64,000 nt of DNA from Burkholderiales bacterium (lineage in GTDB: Bacteria > Pseudomonadota > Gammaproteobacteria > Burkholderiales > SG8-39): contig JADLES010000089.1 of the NCBI GenBank assembly GCA_020845995.1, positions 320 to 64,319 of the forward strand. The letters run 5' to 3'. How positions within the stretch are numbered: the stretch's first letter is position 1; the number at the start of each line of letters is the position of its first letter. This document shows, in pieces, positions 11,241 through 19,931 of the stretch. The notes below the pieces were generated by a model. The model had not been told where the DNA came from, did not search any database, and saw only the letters and a program-made list of their open reading frames with translations. A program made the translations under genes and the position numbers.

Positions 11241-12109
11241 GCGCGGCACGCGCGCTCCTCGAGTTGCTGCGCCCGCGGCAATGGCTGAAGAACGCGTTCG
11301 TGCTGGTGGGTCTCGTGTTCGGGCACGCCTGGCGCGATCCGGAACTGGCGATCGCGGCATTGTGGGCGACGCTCGCGTTCTGCCTCGCCTCGGGCGCCGC
11401 GTATGCGTTCAACGATGCGCGCGATGCGGCGCAGGATCGCGAGCATCCCGACAAGCGCCGCCGGCCGGTGGCGCGTGGCGCCGTCGCGCCGGCGCGTGCG
11501 ACCGCGGTGTCCGGGCTGGTGGCGGCCGCTTCGCTGCTTGCCGGCGCCTGCGCCGGCGCGCGGGTGGCGGCGATTGTCGCGTTCTACCTCGTCCTCAGCG
11601 CTCTCTACACGCTGTGGCTGAAGCGGGTGCGGATGCTGGACGTGGGCGCGATCGCCCTCGGCTTCATGCTGCGCCTGCTCGCCGGCACGCTCGGCATTGG
11701 CATCGAGCCCTCGAACTGGCTGCTCGCTTGCGGACTGCTGCTGACGCTGTTTCTCGGGCTCGCCAAGCGGCGCGCGGAGCTGGAGCGGCTGGCCGCGGAA
11801 GCCCCGCGGCACCGCGCGGTTCTCGCCGGCTACAGCGCGCGCGGGCTGGACCGGGCGATCGCGCTGTGCGCCGCGGGCATGGTCGCGGCCTATGCCTGGT
11901 ACACGCTGGCGGAGGAAACCGCGCGCCTGCACGGCACGCGCAGCCTCGTGCTGACGCTGCCGTGGGTGCTGCTCGGAACCCTGCGCTACCTCTCGCGCAT
12001 GCGCTCGCGTGGCGCCGGCGGCGATCCGGCCGAAGAGCTGCTGCGCGACCCGTTGCTCGCCGCCGCGGTCGCGGGCTGGGCGGGGACCGTGCTCTGGCTC
12101 ATCGGCTAG
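11237..12109 (+). CDS. UbiA-family prenyltransferase, decaprenyl-phosphate phosphoribosyltransferase-like
   Basis: The ATG overlaps the upstream stop (ATGA). 290 aa. LRPRQWLKNAFV start, NDARDAAQDREHPDKRRRPVARG (NDxxDxxxD) and a second Asp-rich region are typical of the Rv3806c-like UbiA subfamily. Confidence 0.85.
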   Translation: MSAARALLELLRPRQWLKNAFVLVGLVFGHAWRDPELAIAALWATLAFCLASGAAYAFNDARDAAQDREHPDKRRRPVARGAVAPARATAVSGLVAAASLLAGACAGARVAAIVAFYLVLSALYTLWLKRVRMLDVGAIALGFMLRLLAGTLGIGIEPSNWLLACGLLLTLFLGLAKRRAELERLAAEAPRHRAVLAGYSARGLDRAIALCAAGMVAAYAWYTLAEETARLHGTRSLVLTLPWVLLGTLRYLSRMRSRGAGGDPAEELLRDPLLAAAVAGWAGTVLWLIG

Positions 12110-12138
12110 AATTCCACGCAGGAGCCGCATTCCGACCC

Positions 12139-12681
12139 ATGGCCGAACGTCCCGCGCATTTCGCCCACCTCGAGCACCTCGGGGACGCGACCCGGTTTTC
12201 GCCGCAGATTCATGCGCTCATCCCGCGCTGCGACCTGCTGGAGAATTTCTCGCCCGCGGAGGTGCGGCTGCTCGCGCATTTCATGGACGTCTACCAGGCG
12301 CCGGCGGGAACCGAGATCATTCGCGAGGGCGAGAACGGCGACTTCATGCTGATGCTGATCGAGGGCCGGGTCGAAGTGCTCAAGCGCGACCGCTGGAAGG
12401 TGCCGCAGATGATCGCGCAGGTCGAGGCCGGCAAGACCCTGGGGGAGATGTCGATGATCGACGGCGAGGCGCGCTTCGCGACCTGCGTCGCCGCCGAGCC
12501 GACGGTGCTGGCGGTGCTCGACCGCGAAAACCTGGCGCGCATCATCGTCGAGCAGCCGATGCTGGGCGCGAAGATCCTGATGCAGATGGTGCTGATGCTG
12601 TCGCAGCGGCTGCGCTCGACCAGCGCCCGCCTGCTGGCGATGATGGACGAGCAGTCGCACCGCGCGACCAACTTCCTGTAA
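12139..12681 (+). CDS. Stand-alone cyclic-nucleotide-binding domain protein
   Basis: 180 aa. CAP-effector-domain beta-roll with FMLMLIEGRVEV and phosphate-binding-cassette-like GEMSMIDGEARFATCVA. No DNA-binding or enzymatic domain is attached. Confidence 0.85.
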   Translation: MAERPAHFAHLEHLGDATRFSPQIHALIPRCDLLENFSPAEVRLLAHFMDVYQAPAGTEIIREGENGDFMLMLIEGRVEVLKRDRWKVPQMIAQVEAGKTLGEMSMIDGEARFATCVAAEPTVLAVLDRENLARIIVEQPMLGAKILMQMVLMLSQRLRSTSARLLAMMDEQSHRATNFL

Positions 12682-12711
12682 GCCGCGCCGGCCCGCGGCG
12701 ACGAACGGGCG

Positions 12712-14883
12712 GTGGAAAGGCGCCTCCTGAAAGAGTCCCGGATCGTCGTGCTCGCCCTGCTGGCGGCGCTCGCCGCCGCGTTCTTCGCGCTGGGCGGGCA
12801 CCGCTACCTGAGCTTCGCCGCCGTCAAGGCCGGGCAGGCGGCGATTCTGCAGTTCTACGCCGCGCGCCCCTGGGAGACCGCGGCGGGATTCTTCCTCGTC
12901 TACGTCGCGCTCACCGGCCTGTCGCTGCCCGGCGCGGCGGTGATGACCATCGCCGGGGGCGCGATCTTCGGCCTGCTCTGGGGCACGATGATCGTGTCGT
13001 TTGCGTCATCGATCGGGGCGACGCTGGCGTTCCTCGCCTCGCGCTTCGTGCTGCGCGACTGGGTGCAGACGAAGTTCGGGCACCACCTGCGCGCGATCCA
13101 TGCGGGCATCGAGCGCGAGGGCGGCTTCTATCTGTTCACGCTGCGCCTCATTCCGCTGGTGCCATTCTTCGCCATCAACCTGGCGATGGGGCTGACTCCG
13201 ATCTGCGCCTGGCGCTTCTACTGGGTGAGCCAGCTCGGCATGCTCGCGGGGACGATCGTCTACGTGAACGCGGGGACGCAGCTGGGCGCGCTCGACTCGG
13301 CGGCGGGAATTCTCTCGCCGGGGCTGATCGGCGCGTTCGCGCTCCTCGGTTTCTTCCCGCTCATCGCGAAAAAGACCGTCGAGGCCGCCAAATCGCGCCG
13401 CGTCTACGCCCCCTGGGCGGCGCGCAGGCCCGAGCGCTTCGACCGCAACCTGGTGGTGATCGGCGCGGGTTCGGCGGGGCTGGTGGCGGCCTACATCGCG
13501 GCGGCGGCCAAGGCGCGGGTGACGCTGGTCGAGAAACACAGGATGGGGGGCGACTGCCTCAACACGGGCTGTGTACCCTCGAAGGCGCTGCTTCGTTCCG
13601 CGAAATTTCTCGCCCTGGCGAAGAAGTCGAAGGATCTGGGAATAAGGTCGACGCAGGTCGAATTCGACTTCGCCGACGTCATGGCGCGCGTGCGGCGAAT
13701 CGTGAAGACGATCGAGCCGCACGATTCGGTCGAGCGTTATTCCGGGCTTGGCGTGGAGTGCATCCACGGCGAGGCGAGACTGGTTTCGCCTTGGGAAGTT
13801 GAAATCCGGACGGAACAGCAGAGGAACATCCGTCTGACCACACGGTCCATCGTCATCGCGGCGGGCGCGCGGCCGTTCGTTCCGCCGATTCCGGGAATCG
13901 AGGACGTGGACTGCCTCACTTCCGACACCTTGTGGGGTCTGCGCGAGCTGCCGGCGCGGCTGCTGGTGCTGGGCGGCGGGCCGGTCGGCTGCGAACTGGC
14001 GCAGGCCTTCGCGCGCCTGGGTTCGAAGGTGACGCAGGTGGAGATGCTCCCGCGCCTGCTGCCGCGCGAGGACCCGGAAGTCTCGGAGCTGATCCGCGCG
14101 AAATTCGTGGAGGAGGGGATCGCCGTGCTCACCGGGCACAAGGCGAAGCAGTTCCTGCGCGATGGCGAACGCAAGATCCTCATCTGCGAGCACCAGAGCA
14201 GGGACATCGCCGTCGAGTTCGACGCCCTGCTGTGCGCGGTGGGGCGCGTCGCCCGTACCGCGGGCTACGGTCTGGAAGAGCTCGGCATCCCGATATCGGC
14301 GGCGCGCACGGTGCGGACCAACGAGTTCCTGCAGACTTCGTTCCCCAACATCTACGCCTGCGGCGACGTCGCCGGGCCTTTCCAGTTCACGCATGCCGCG
14401 TCGCACCAGGCCTGGTACGCCGCAGTCAACGCGCTGTTCGGCGGCGTGAAGAAATTCCGTGCCGACTACTCGGTGATTCCCTGGGCCACCTTCACGGATC
14501 CGGAGGTCGCGCGCGTGGGCCTGTCCGAAAGCGAGGCGAAGGAGCGAGGCATCCCGCACGAGGTGACCGTGTACGGCATCGAGGAACTCGACCGCGCGAT
14601 CGCCGACGGCACCGCGCAGGGTATGGTTAAGGTGCTCACGGTCCCGGGCAAGGACCGGATCCTCGGCGCCGCCATCGTCGGCGAGCATGCGGGCGACCTG
14701 ATTGCCGAGTATGTCGCCGCGATGCGCCACGGCCTCGGCATGAACAAGATCCTGGGCACCATCCATATCTATCCCACGCTCGCCGAAGCCAACAAGTACG
14801 CCGCCGGCGCGTGGAAAAAGGCGCACGCGCCACAGCGGCTGCTGCGCGCGGTGGAAAAATTCCATGCCTGGCGCAGGGGTTGA
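12712..14883 (+). CDS. Fusion protein: DedA/TVP38-TMEM64 membrane domain + class I pyridine-nucleotide-disulfide oxidoreductase
   Basis: 723 aa with a GTG start. The N-terminal ~230 aa are SNARE-associated/DedA-like (FTLRLIPLVPFFAINLAMG). The C-terminus has GAGSAGLVAAY (FAD), redox-active GGDCLNTGCVPSK (CxxxxC), GGGPVGCELAQ (NAD(P)H) and HIYPTLAE (His-Glu dyad). Confidence 0.9.
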   Translation: MERRLLKESRIVVLALLAALAAAFFALGGHRYLSFAAVKAGQAAILQFYAARPWETAAGFFLVYVALTGLSLPGAAVMTIAGGAIFGLLWGTMIVSFASSIGATLAFLASRFVLRDWVQTKFGHHLRAIHAGIEREGGFYLFTLRLIPLVPFFAINLAMGLTPICAWRFYWVSQLGMLAGTIVYVNAGTQLGALDSAAGILSPGLIGAFALLGFFPLIAKKTVEAAKSRRVYAPWAARRPERFDRNLVVIGAGSAGLVAAYIAAAAKARVTLVEKHRMGGDCLNTGCVPSKALLRSAKFLALAKKSKDLGIRSTQVEFDFADVMARVRRIVKTIEPHDSVERYSGLGVECIHGEARLVSPWEVEIRTEQQRNIRLTTRSIVIAAGARPFVPPIPGIEDVDCLTSDTLWGLRELPARLLVLGGGPVGCELAQAFARLGSKVTQVEMLPRLLPREDPEVSELIRAKFVEEGIAVLTGHKAKQFLRDGERKILICEHQSRDIAVEFDALLCAVGRVARTAGYGLEELGIPISAARTVRTNEFLQTSFPNIYACGDVAGPFQFTHAASHQAWYAAVNALFGGVKKFRADYSVIPWATFTDPEVARVGLSESEAKERGIPHEVTVYGIEELDRAIADGTAQGMVKVLTVPGKDRILGAAIVGEHAGDLIAEYVAAMRHGLGMNKILGTIHIYPTLAEANKYAAGAWKKAHAPQRLLRAVEKFHAWRRG

Positions 14884-15550
14884 GCGCCTGTCGATCGTCG
14901 TCCCGGTGCTCAACGAGGCCGGGATCCTCGCGCAGTCGCTACTGGCGCTGGCGCCGCTGCGCGGCCGCGGCCACGAGGTGATCGTCGTGGACGGCGGCAG
15001 CCGGGACGGCACGCCCGCCATCGCCGCGCCGCTTGCCGACCGGGTCCTCGCCGCGCCGCGCGGCCGCGCGCGACAGATGAACGCGGGCGCCGCGGCGGCG
15101 ACCGGTGATGTGCTCCTGTTTCTTCACGCGGATACCGAGTTGCCTCGCGCCGCGGATGAGGCAATTCTCAATGCGGCAAAGACCCGCTCGTGGGGACGAT
15201 TCGACGTGGCGATCGACGGCGCCTCGCCACTGCTTCCCGTCGTCGCCTTCTTCATGAACCAGCGCTCGCGGCTGACCGGCGTCGCCACCGGCGACCAGGC
15301 GATCTTCGTGCGCCGCGCCGGCTTCACCGGCTTCCCGGAAATCGCGCTGATGGAGGATGTCGCCTTCTGCAAGGCGATGAAGCGGCGCTCGCCGCCCGCC
15401 TGCCTGCGCTCGCGCGTGCGCACCTCGGGGCGGCGCTGGGAGCGGCGCGGAGTGCTGCGCACCGTGTTCCTGATGTGGCGGCTGCGCCTCGCCTACTTCC
15501 TCGGCGCTGCGCCCGAGGAGCTTGCGCGGCGCTATGCCGAAGGGCGCTGA
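14864..15550 (+). CDS. Family 2 glycosyltransferase, TIGR04283-like
   Basis: 228 aa with LSIVVPVLNE, VIVVDGGSRDGT and LFLHADT (DxD-like). Overlaps the upstream gene by 20 nt. The subfamily call is from memory of TIGR04283 sequences and was not tested. Confidence 0.8.
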   Translation: MPGAGVERLSIVVPVLNEAGILAQSLLALAPLRGRGHEVIVVDGGSRDGTPAIAAPLADRVLAAPRGRARQMNAGAAAATGDVLLFLHADTELPRAADEAILNAAKTRSWGRFDVAIDGASPLLPVVAFFMNQRSRLTGVATGDQAIFVRRAGFTGFPEIALMEDVAFCKAMKRRSPPACLRSRVRTSGRRWERRGVLRTVFLMWRLRLAYFLGAAPEELARRYAEGR

Positions 15551-16208
15551 GTCCTCGCTGGTCATCGTCTTTGCGCGGGCGCCCACGCCGGGCCGGGTGA
15601 AGACGCGCCTCGCGCCGCTGCTCGGCCGGGAGGGGGCCGCGCGCCTGCACGAGCGGATGCTGGAGAGGGCGATCCGAACGGCGGTTGCCGCGCGCTGCGG
15701 CGAGGTCGAGCTGCACGGCGCGCCGGGAGCGACGCATGCCTTCTTTCGCGGCCTGCGCGGGCGATTCGCGCTGCGCCTGCGCGCGCAGGGACGGGGCGGT
15801 CTCGGTGCGCGCATGCGGCGCGCGTTCGCGCGCGCGTTGCGCCGGCATGCGTACGTGATTCTGATCGGCAGCGACTGCCCGGCGCTGCGTCCCGCGGACC
15901 TGCGCGCGGCGCTGCGGGCGCTGCGCGCGGGCGCCGATGCCGTGCTCAGCCCGGTCGAGGACGGCGGCTACGCGCTGCTCGGCCTGCGCCGCGCGGCCCC
16001 AGAGCTCTTCGCCGGCGTGCGCTGGGGCCGCAACCGGGTCCTGGCGCAGACGCGCAGCCGGCTCGCGCGCCTGGGCTGGCGCCGGCGGGAGCTGCGCACG
16101 CTGTGGGACGTGGACCGGCCGCGGGATGTGGCGCGCCTGCGCAGGTCCGCGAGCCTCGCGTCGTTGGCGGCGGGCCTGCCCGCGGCTATAGCGCGCCCGA
16201 CTTCTTGA
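15534..16208 (+). CDS. DUF2064 / TIGR04282-like nucleotidyl- or glycosyl-transferase
   Basis: The ATG at 15534 overlaps the upstream gene by 17 nt. LVIVFARAPTPGRVKTRLAP and ILIGSDCPAL are typical of DUF2064. Confidence 0.75.
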   Translation: MPKGAESSLVIVFARAPTPGRVKTRLAPLLGREGAARLHERMLERAIRTAVAARCGEVELHGAPGATHAFFRGLRGRFALRLRAQGRGGLGARMRRAFARALRRHAYVILIGSDCPALRPADLRAALRALRAGADAVLSPVEDGGYALLGLRRAAPELFAGVRWGRNRVLAQTRSRLARLGWRRRELRTLWDVDRPRDVARLRRSASLASLAAGLPAAIARPTS

Positions 16209-16842
16209 GCAATTCGTGGATGCGCTCGGCCATCAGCCGGTAGCCGAGCGCGTTGGGGTGAATCTGATCCGATTTGAGGCTGCTGTCCTTGAGGATCCTG
16301 CCGAGCACGTCGCCTTCGTAGGGAATGCGGAATTCCTTGGCGATTTCGGCATAGAAATCCGCCGGGGTCACGGTCAACCCGGGTTCGGGGGTGCCGATGA
16401 GCAGCACGTCGATGCCGCGCGATTTCGCGAGCCGGATCATCGCGCGCAGGTTCTCGGCCGCCTTCGCCTTCGGCAGCCGCCGCAGGAAATCGTTGCCGCC
16501 GTGGCACAGCAGCAGCAGGCGCGGGCGGTGCTCATCCAGGGCTGCCGGCAGCCGCTCGAGGCCCGCCTCGCTCACTTCGCCCGGCACGCCTTCGCGCACC
16601 ACGCGCCGGCCGGAGAGCTTTTCCAGCAGCGCCGGATAGCTCTCGCTCTCGTTCGCCCCCGTGCCGTAGGTCAGGCTGTCGCCGAATGCGAGTATAACGG
16701 CGTCGGCCGGCAGCGGCGCGAGCTGCGGTTTCTGACTGCAGCCTGACGATATCAGCAGCGCGTAGAGCAGGGACGCCGCGAGCATCATCCAGAATCCGGG
16801 GGCGAAACGCGTTTTCCGCGGGCGCAACGCCATGTACGCCAT
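16186..16842 (-). CDS. GDSL/SGNH-family lipase or arylesterase lipoprotein (TesA-like)
   Basis: Lipobox LISSGC, ILAFGDSLTYG (GDSL), LLLCHGGNDF, and the DQIHPN catalytic block. The rest of tracked ORF 16186..18912 is antisense to tctBA and rejected. Confidence 0.85.
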   Translation of the reverse strand: MAYMALRPRKTRFAPGFWMMLAASLLYALLISSGCSQKPQLAPLPADAVILAFGDSLTYGTGANESESYPALLEKLSGRRVVREGVPGEVSEAGLERLPAALDEHRPRLLLLCHGGNDFLRRLPKAKAAENLRAMIRLAKSRGIDVLLIGTPEPGLTVTPADFYAEIAKEFRIPYEGDVLGRILKDSSLKSDQIHPNALGYRLMAERIHELLKKSGAL

Positions 16843-16875
16843 GCTACACTGCCCTATCCCAGGGGGAGGCAGCGA

Positions 16876-17346
16876 ATGAAGATCAAGAGTCCACGCGATT
16901 TCTGGGCCGGGCTGATGTTCATAGCCTTTGGCCTGTTCTTTCTCTTGGTCGCGCAGTTCAACTATCAGATGGGCAGCGCGGTGCGCATGGGCCCGGGCTA
17001 CTTCCCCTCGGTGCTGGGCGCCATCCTCGCCGTGCTCGGCGGGATCGTGCTGTTCAACTCCTTCTTGATCGCCGGCACGCCGGTGCCGAAGTTCCACTTC
17101 CGGCCGGTGATCTTCGTCCTTATTTCCGGCCTCGCGTTTGCCTACCTGCTCAAGCCGCTCGGCCTGGTGCTGGCCACGATCGCGCTGGTGTTCATCAGCG
17201 CGTACGGCGGCCACGAATTCAGGTGGAAGGAGGTCGCGATCCTTTCGGCGGTGCTGGTGATCTTCTCGGTGGTGGTGTTCGTCAAGGGCCTCACGCTGCC
17301 CTTCCCGATCTGCCCGAGCTTCGTCGAAATCTGCCCGATCCGGTAG
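16876..17346 (+). CDS. tctB: Tripartite tricarboxylate transporter small membrane subunit TctB
   Basis: 156 aa with 4 TM segments, GAGG Shine-Dalgarno, directly upstream of tctA. Confidence 0.85.
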   Translation: MKIKSPRDFWAGLMFIAFGLFFLLVAQFNYQMGSAVRMGPGYFPSVLGAILAVLGGIVLFNSFLIAGTPVPKFHFRPVIFVLISGLAFAYLLKPLGLVLATIALVFISAYGGHEFRWKEVAILSAVLVIFSVVVFVKGLTLPFPICPSFVEICPIR

Positions 17347-17358
17347 GCGGAGGACGCG

Positions 17359-18918
17359 ATGGAAGCAATGTTCACGAATCTGGGAATCGGCTTCACCGAG
17401 GTCTTCAAGCTGCAGGCGGTCACCATCGCCGGCGTGTCGATGACCCTGCCGTTCAACATCCTCATGTGCCTCATCGGCGTGATCCTCGGCACGCTGATCG
17501 GCGTGCTGCCCGGCATCGGCCCGGTGGCGACCATTGCCATGCTGCTGCCGGTGACCTTCAACCTGTCGCCGATCGCCGCGCTGATCATGCTGGCGGGCAT
17601 CTACTATGGCGCGCAATACGGCGGCTCGACCTCGGCGATCCTGGTCAACCTGCCGGGCGAGTCTTCGTCGGTGGTGACCTGCCTGGATGGCTACCAGATG
17701 GCGCGGCGCGGCCGCGCCGGGCCGGCGCTCGCCACGGCGGCGATCGGCTCGTTCTTCGCCGGCTGCGTGGCGACGCTGGTCGTGGCCATGTTCGCCCCGC
17801 CGCTTGCCGAGGTGGCGCTGAAGTTCGGTCCGGCCGAATACTTCTCCCTGATGGTGCTTGGCCTGGTGTCGTCCGTGGTGCTCGCCTCCGGCTCGCTCGT
17901 CAAGGCGATCGGGATGGTGATTCTCGGCCTGCTGCTCGGCCTGGCGGGCACCGATGTGAACTCGGGCGTGCTGCGCTTCTCCTTTGGTCTCGCGGAGATG
18001 GCGGACGGCATCGGATTCTTCACCGTGGCGATGGGCATGTTCGGCATCGCCGAGATCATCAGCAACCTCGAGCAGAAGGAACACCGCGAGGTATTCACCG
18101 ACAAGGTCAGCCACCTCTGGCCGACGGCGGACGACTTCCGCCGCATCTTCGGGCCGATCCTGCGCGGCACCATATTCGGCTGCTGCCTCGGCATTCTGCC
18201 CGGAGGCGGCGCCCTGCTCTCCTCCTTCGGCGCCTATACCATCGAGAAAAAGATCTCCAGGAACTCGCGTGAGTTCGGCAAGGGGGCGATCGAGGGCGTG
18301 GCGGCGCCCGAGTCGGCCAACAACGCCGGCGCGCAGACCTCCTTCATCCCGCTGCTCACGCTCGGCATCCCCTCCAACGCGGTGATGGCGCTGATGATCG
18401 GCGCGATGATGATCCAGGGCATTGCGCCGGGCCCGCAGGTGATGACCGAAAGGCCGCAGCTCTTCTGGGGCATGATCGCCTCGATGTGGGTGGGCAACCT
18501 GATGCTGGTGCTGCTCAACCTGCCGATGATCGGCGTCTGGATCAAGCTGCTCACCGTGCCCTACCGGATCCTTTATCCCTCGATCCTGGTGTTCATGTCC
18601 GTGGGCGTGTTCAGCATCTCCAACCAGCCCTTCGACTGCTTCCTGATGGCGCTCTTCGGCCTGTTCGGCTATGTCTGCGTGAAGCTGGAGTGCGAGCCCG
18701 CGCCGCTGATCCTCGGCTTCATCCTCGGGCCGCTGATGGAAGAGAACCTGCGGCGCGCGATGCTGCTCTCGCGCGGCGATCCGTTCGTCTTCATCAGTCC
18801 GTCCAAGCCGATCAGCCTGGGCTTTCTGATTGCTTCGGCGCTGCTGCTCATCGTCATCGCGCTGCCTGCACTGCGCAAGAAGCGCGACGAGGCATTCGCG
18901 GGCGAAGAGCACGGCTGA
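17359..18918 (+). CDS. tctA: Tripartite tricarboxylate transporter large permease TctA
   Basis: 519 aa and polytopic. GVLPGIGPVATIAMLLP and ILPGGGALLSSF are the duplicated TctA motifs. Confidence 0.95.
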   Translation: MEAMFTNLGIGFTEVFKLQAVTIAGVSMTLPFNILMCLIGVILGTLIGVLPGIGPVATIAMLLPVTFNLSPIAALIMLAGIYYGAQYGGSTSAILVNLPGESSSVVTCLDGYQMARRGRAGPALATAAIGSFFAGCVATLVVAMFAPPLAEVALKFGPAEYFSLMVLGLVSSVVLASGSLVKAIGMVILGLLLGLAGTDVNSGVLRFSFGLAEMADGIGFFTVAMGMFGIAEIISNLEQKEHREVFTDKVSHLWPTADDFRRIFGPILRGTIFGCCLGILPGGGALLSSFGAYTIEKKISRNSREFGKGAIEGVAAPESANNAGAQTSFIPLLTLGIPSNAVMALMIGAMMIQGIAPGPQVMTERPQLFWGMIASMWVGNLMLVLLNLPMIGVWIKLLTVPYRILYPSILVFMSVGVFSISNQPFDCFLMALFGLFGYVCVKLECEPAPLILGFILGPLMEENLRRAMLLSRGDPFVFISPSKPISLGFLIASALLLIVIALPALRKKRDEAFAGEEHG

Positions 18919-18922
18919 GCCA

Positions 18923-19885
18923 TTGCAGCGGCTGCTGCTTCTCCTCGCGCTGGCCGGCGCGGTCGCGCCGGCCTGGTCGCAGGCCTGGCCGGCGCGGCCG
19001 CTGCGCCTGGTCGTGCCCTATGCGCCCGGCGGCCCCGTGGACATCTCCGCGCGCCTGCTCGCGGCCAGGCTGCAGCAGGGACTCGGGCAGCCGGTGGTGC
19101 CGGAGAACCGGCCGGGAGCGGGCGGCAACATCGGCGTGGACCTGATCGCCAAGGGGCCCGCGGACGGCTACAACCTGGTCATGAGCGCGATCGCCACGCT
19201 GGCGATCAATCCATCGCTGTATTCGAGCCTGCCCTACGATCCGCTGAAGGACCTGCGGCACGTCACGCTGCTGGTGCAGGTCCCCAACGTGCTCATCGTG
19301 CGCCCGGACCTGCCGGCGAAGAGCGTGCCGGAACTCATCGCGCTCGGGAAAAGCCGCCCGGGCAAACTCGACTTCGGCTCGGGCTCGACCGGCTCCACCG
19401 GACACCTTGCCGGAGAAATGTTCAAGATGGTGACCGGCACCTACATGGTGCACATCCCCTACAAGGGTTCGGCGCCCGCGCTCGCGGACATGATGGCCGG
19501 CCGCATCGACCTGATGTTCGACAACCTGGCGAGCGCGCTACCCAGCATCAAGTCGGAGAAGGTGCGCGCGCTTGCCGTCACCACCAGGAAGCGTACCGAC
19601 TTCCTGCCCGGCCTGCCCACGCTGGACGAATCGGGCCTGAAAGGCTTCGACATGACCACCTGGTGGGGGGTATCGGTCGCGGCCAGGACCCCGCAACCGG
19701 TTGTCGATCGCCTGTCGGCCGAGATCCTCAAGGCGATGGATTCGCCCGACATGAGGGAGCGGCTGCGCGGCATGGGGTCCGAACCTCCCGCCATCCGCAC
19801 GCCGGACCACTTCGCGGCTTTCGTTGCCGCGGAACTGAAAACCTATACCGGACTCGTCAGGCGCTCGGGCGCCAAGGTCGACTAG
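18923..19885 (+). CDS. tctC: Bug/TctC-family periplasmic substrate-binding protein
   Basis: Proposed TTG start at 18923 gives signal peptide QRLLLLLALAGAVAPAWSQA. Contains RLVVPYAPGGPVDISARL, and the PDLPAKSVPELIALGKSRPGKLDFGSGSTGSTGHL family motifs. The start is uncertain (track gives 18830). Confidence 0.85.
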   Translation: MQRLLLLLALAGAVAPAWSQAWPARPLRLVVPYAPGGPVDISARLLAARLQQGLGQPVVPENRPGAGGNIGVDLIAKGPADGYNLVMSAIATLAINPSLYSSLPYDPLKDLRHVTLLVQVPNVLIVRPDLPAKSVPELIALGKSRPGKLDFGSGSTGSTGHLAGEMFKMVTGTYMVHIPYKGSAPALADMMAGRIDLMFDNLASALPSIKSEKVRALAVTTRKRTDFLPGLPTLDESGLKGFDMTTWWGVSVAARTPQPVVDRLSAEILKAMDSPDMRERLRGMGSEPPAIRTPDHFAAFVAAELKTYTGLVRRSGAKVD

Positions 19886-19891
19886 GGTTTG

Positions 19892-19912
19892 CCGGACGCG
19901 TCGACGCGCCGG
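19892..19912. terminator. Hairpin between convergent tctC and response-regulator genes
   Basis: CCGGACGCG-TCGA-CGCGCCGG (8 bp with one bulged A). No U-tract on either strand. Confidence 0.3.
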
Positions 19913-19931
19913 AGGCGGATTCCCGCCACGG

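Noticed and set aside
16843-18912. Upstream ~690 codons of the 908-aa minus-strand ORF 16186..18912
   Set aside because: It is antisense to tctB and tctA. Only the last 218 codons, the GDSL lipoprotein starting at 16842, have a signal peptide, motifs and sensible composition.
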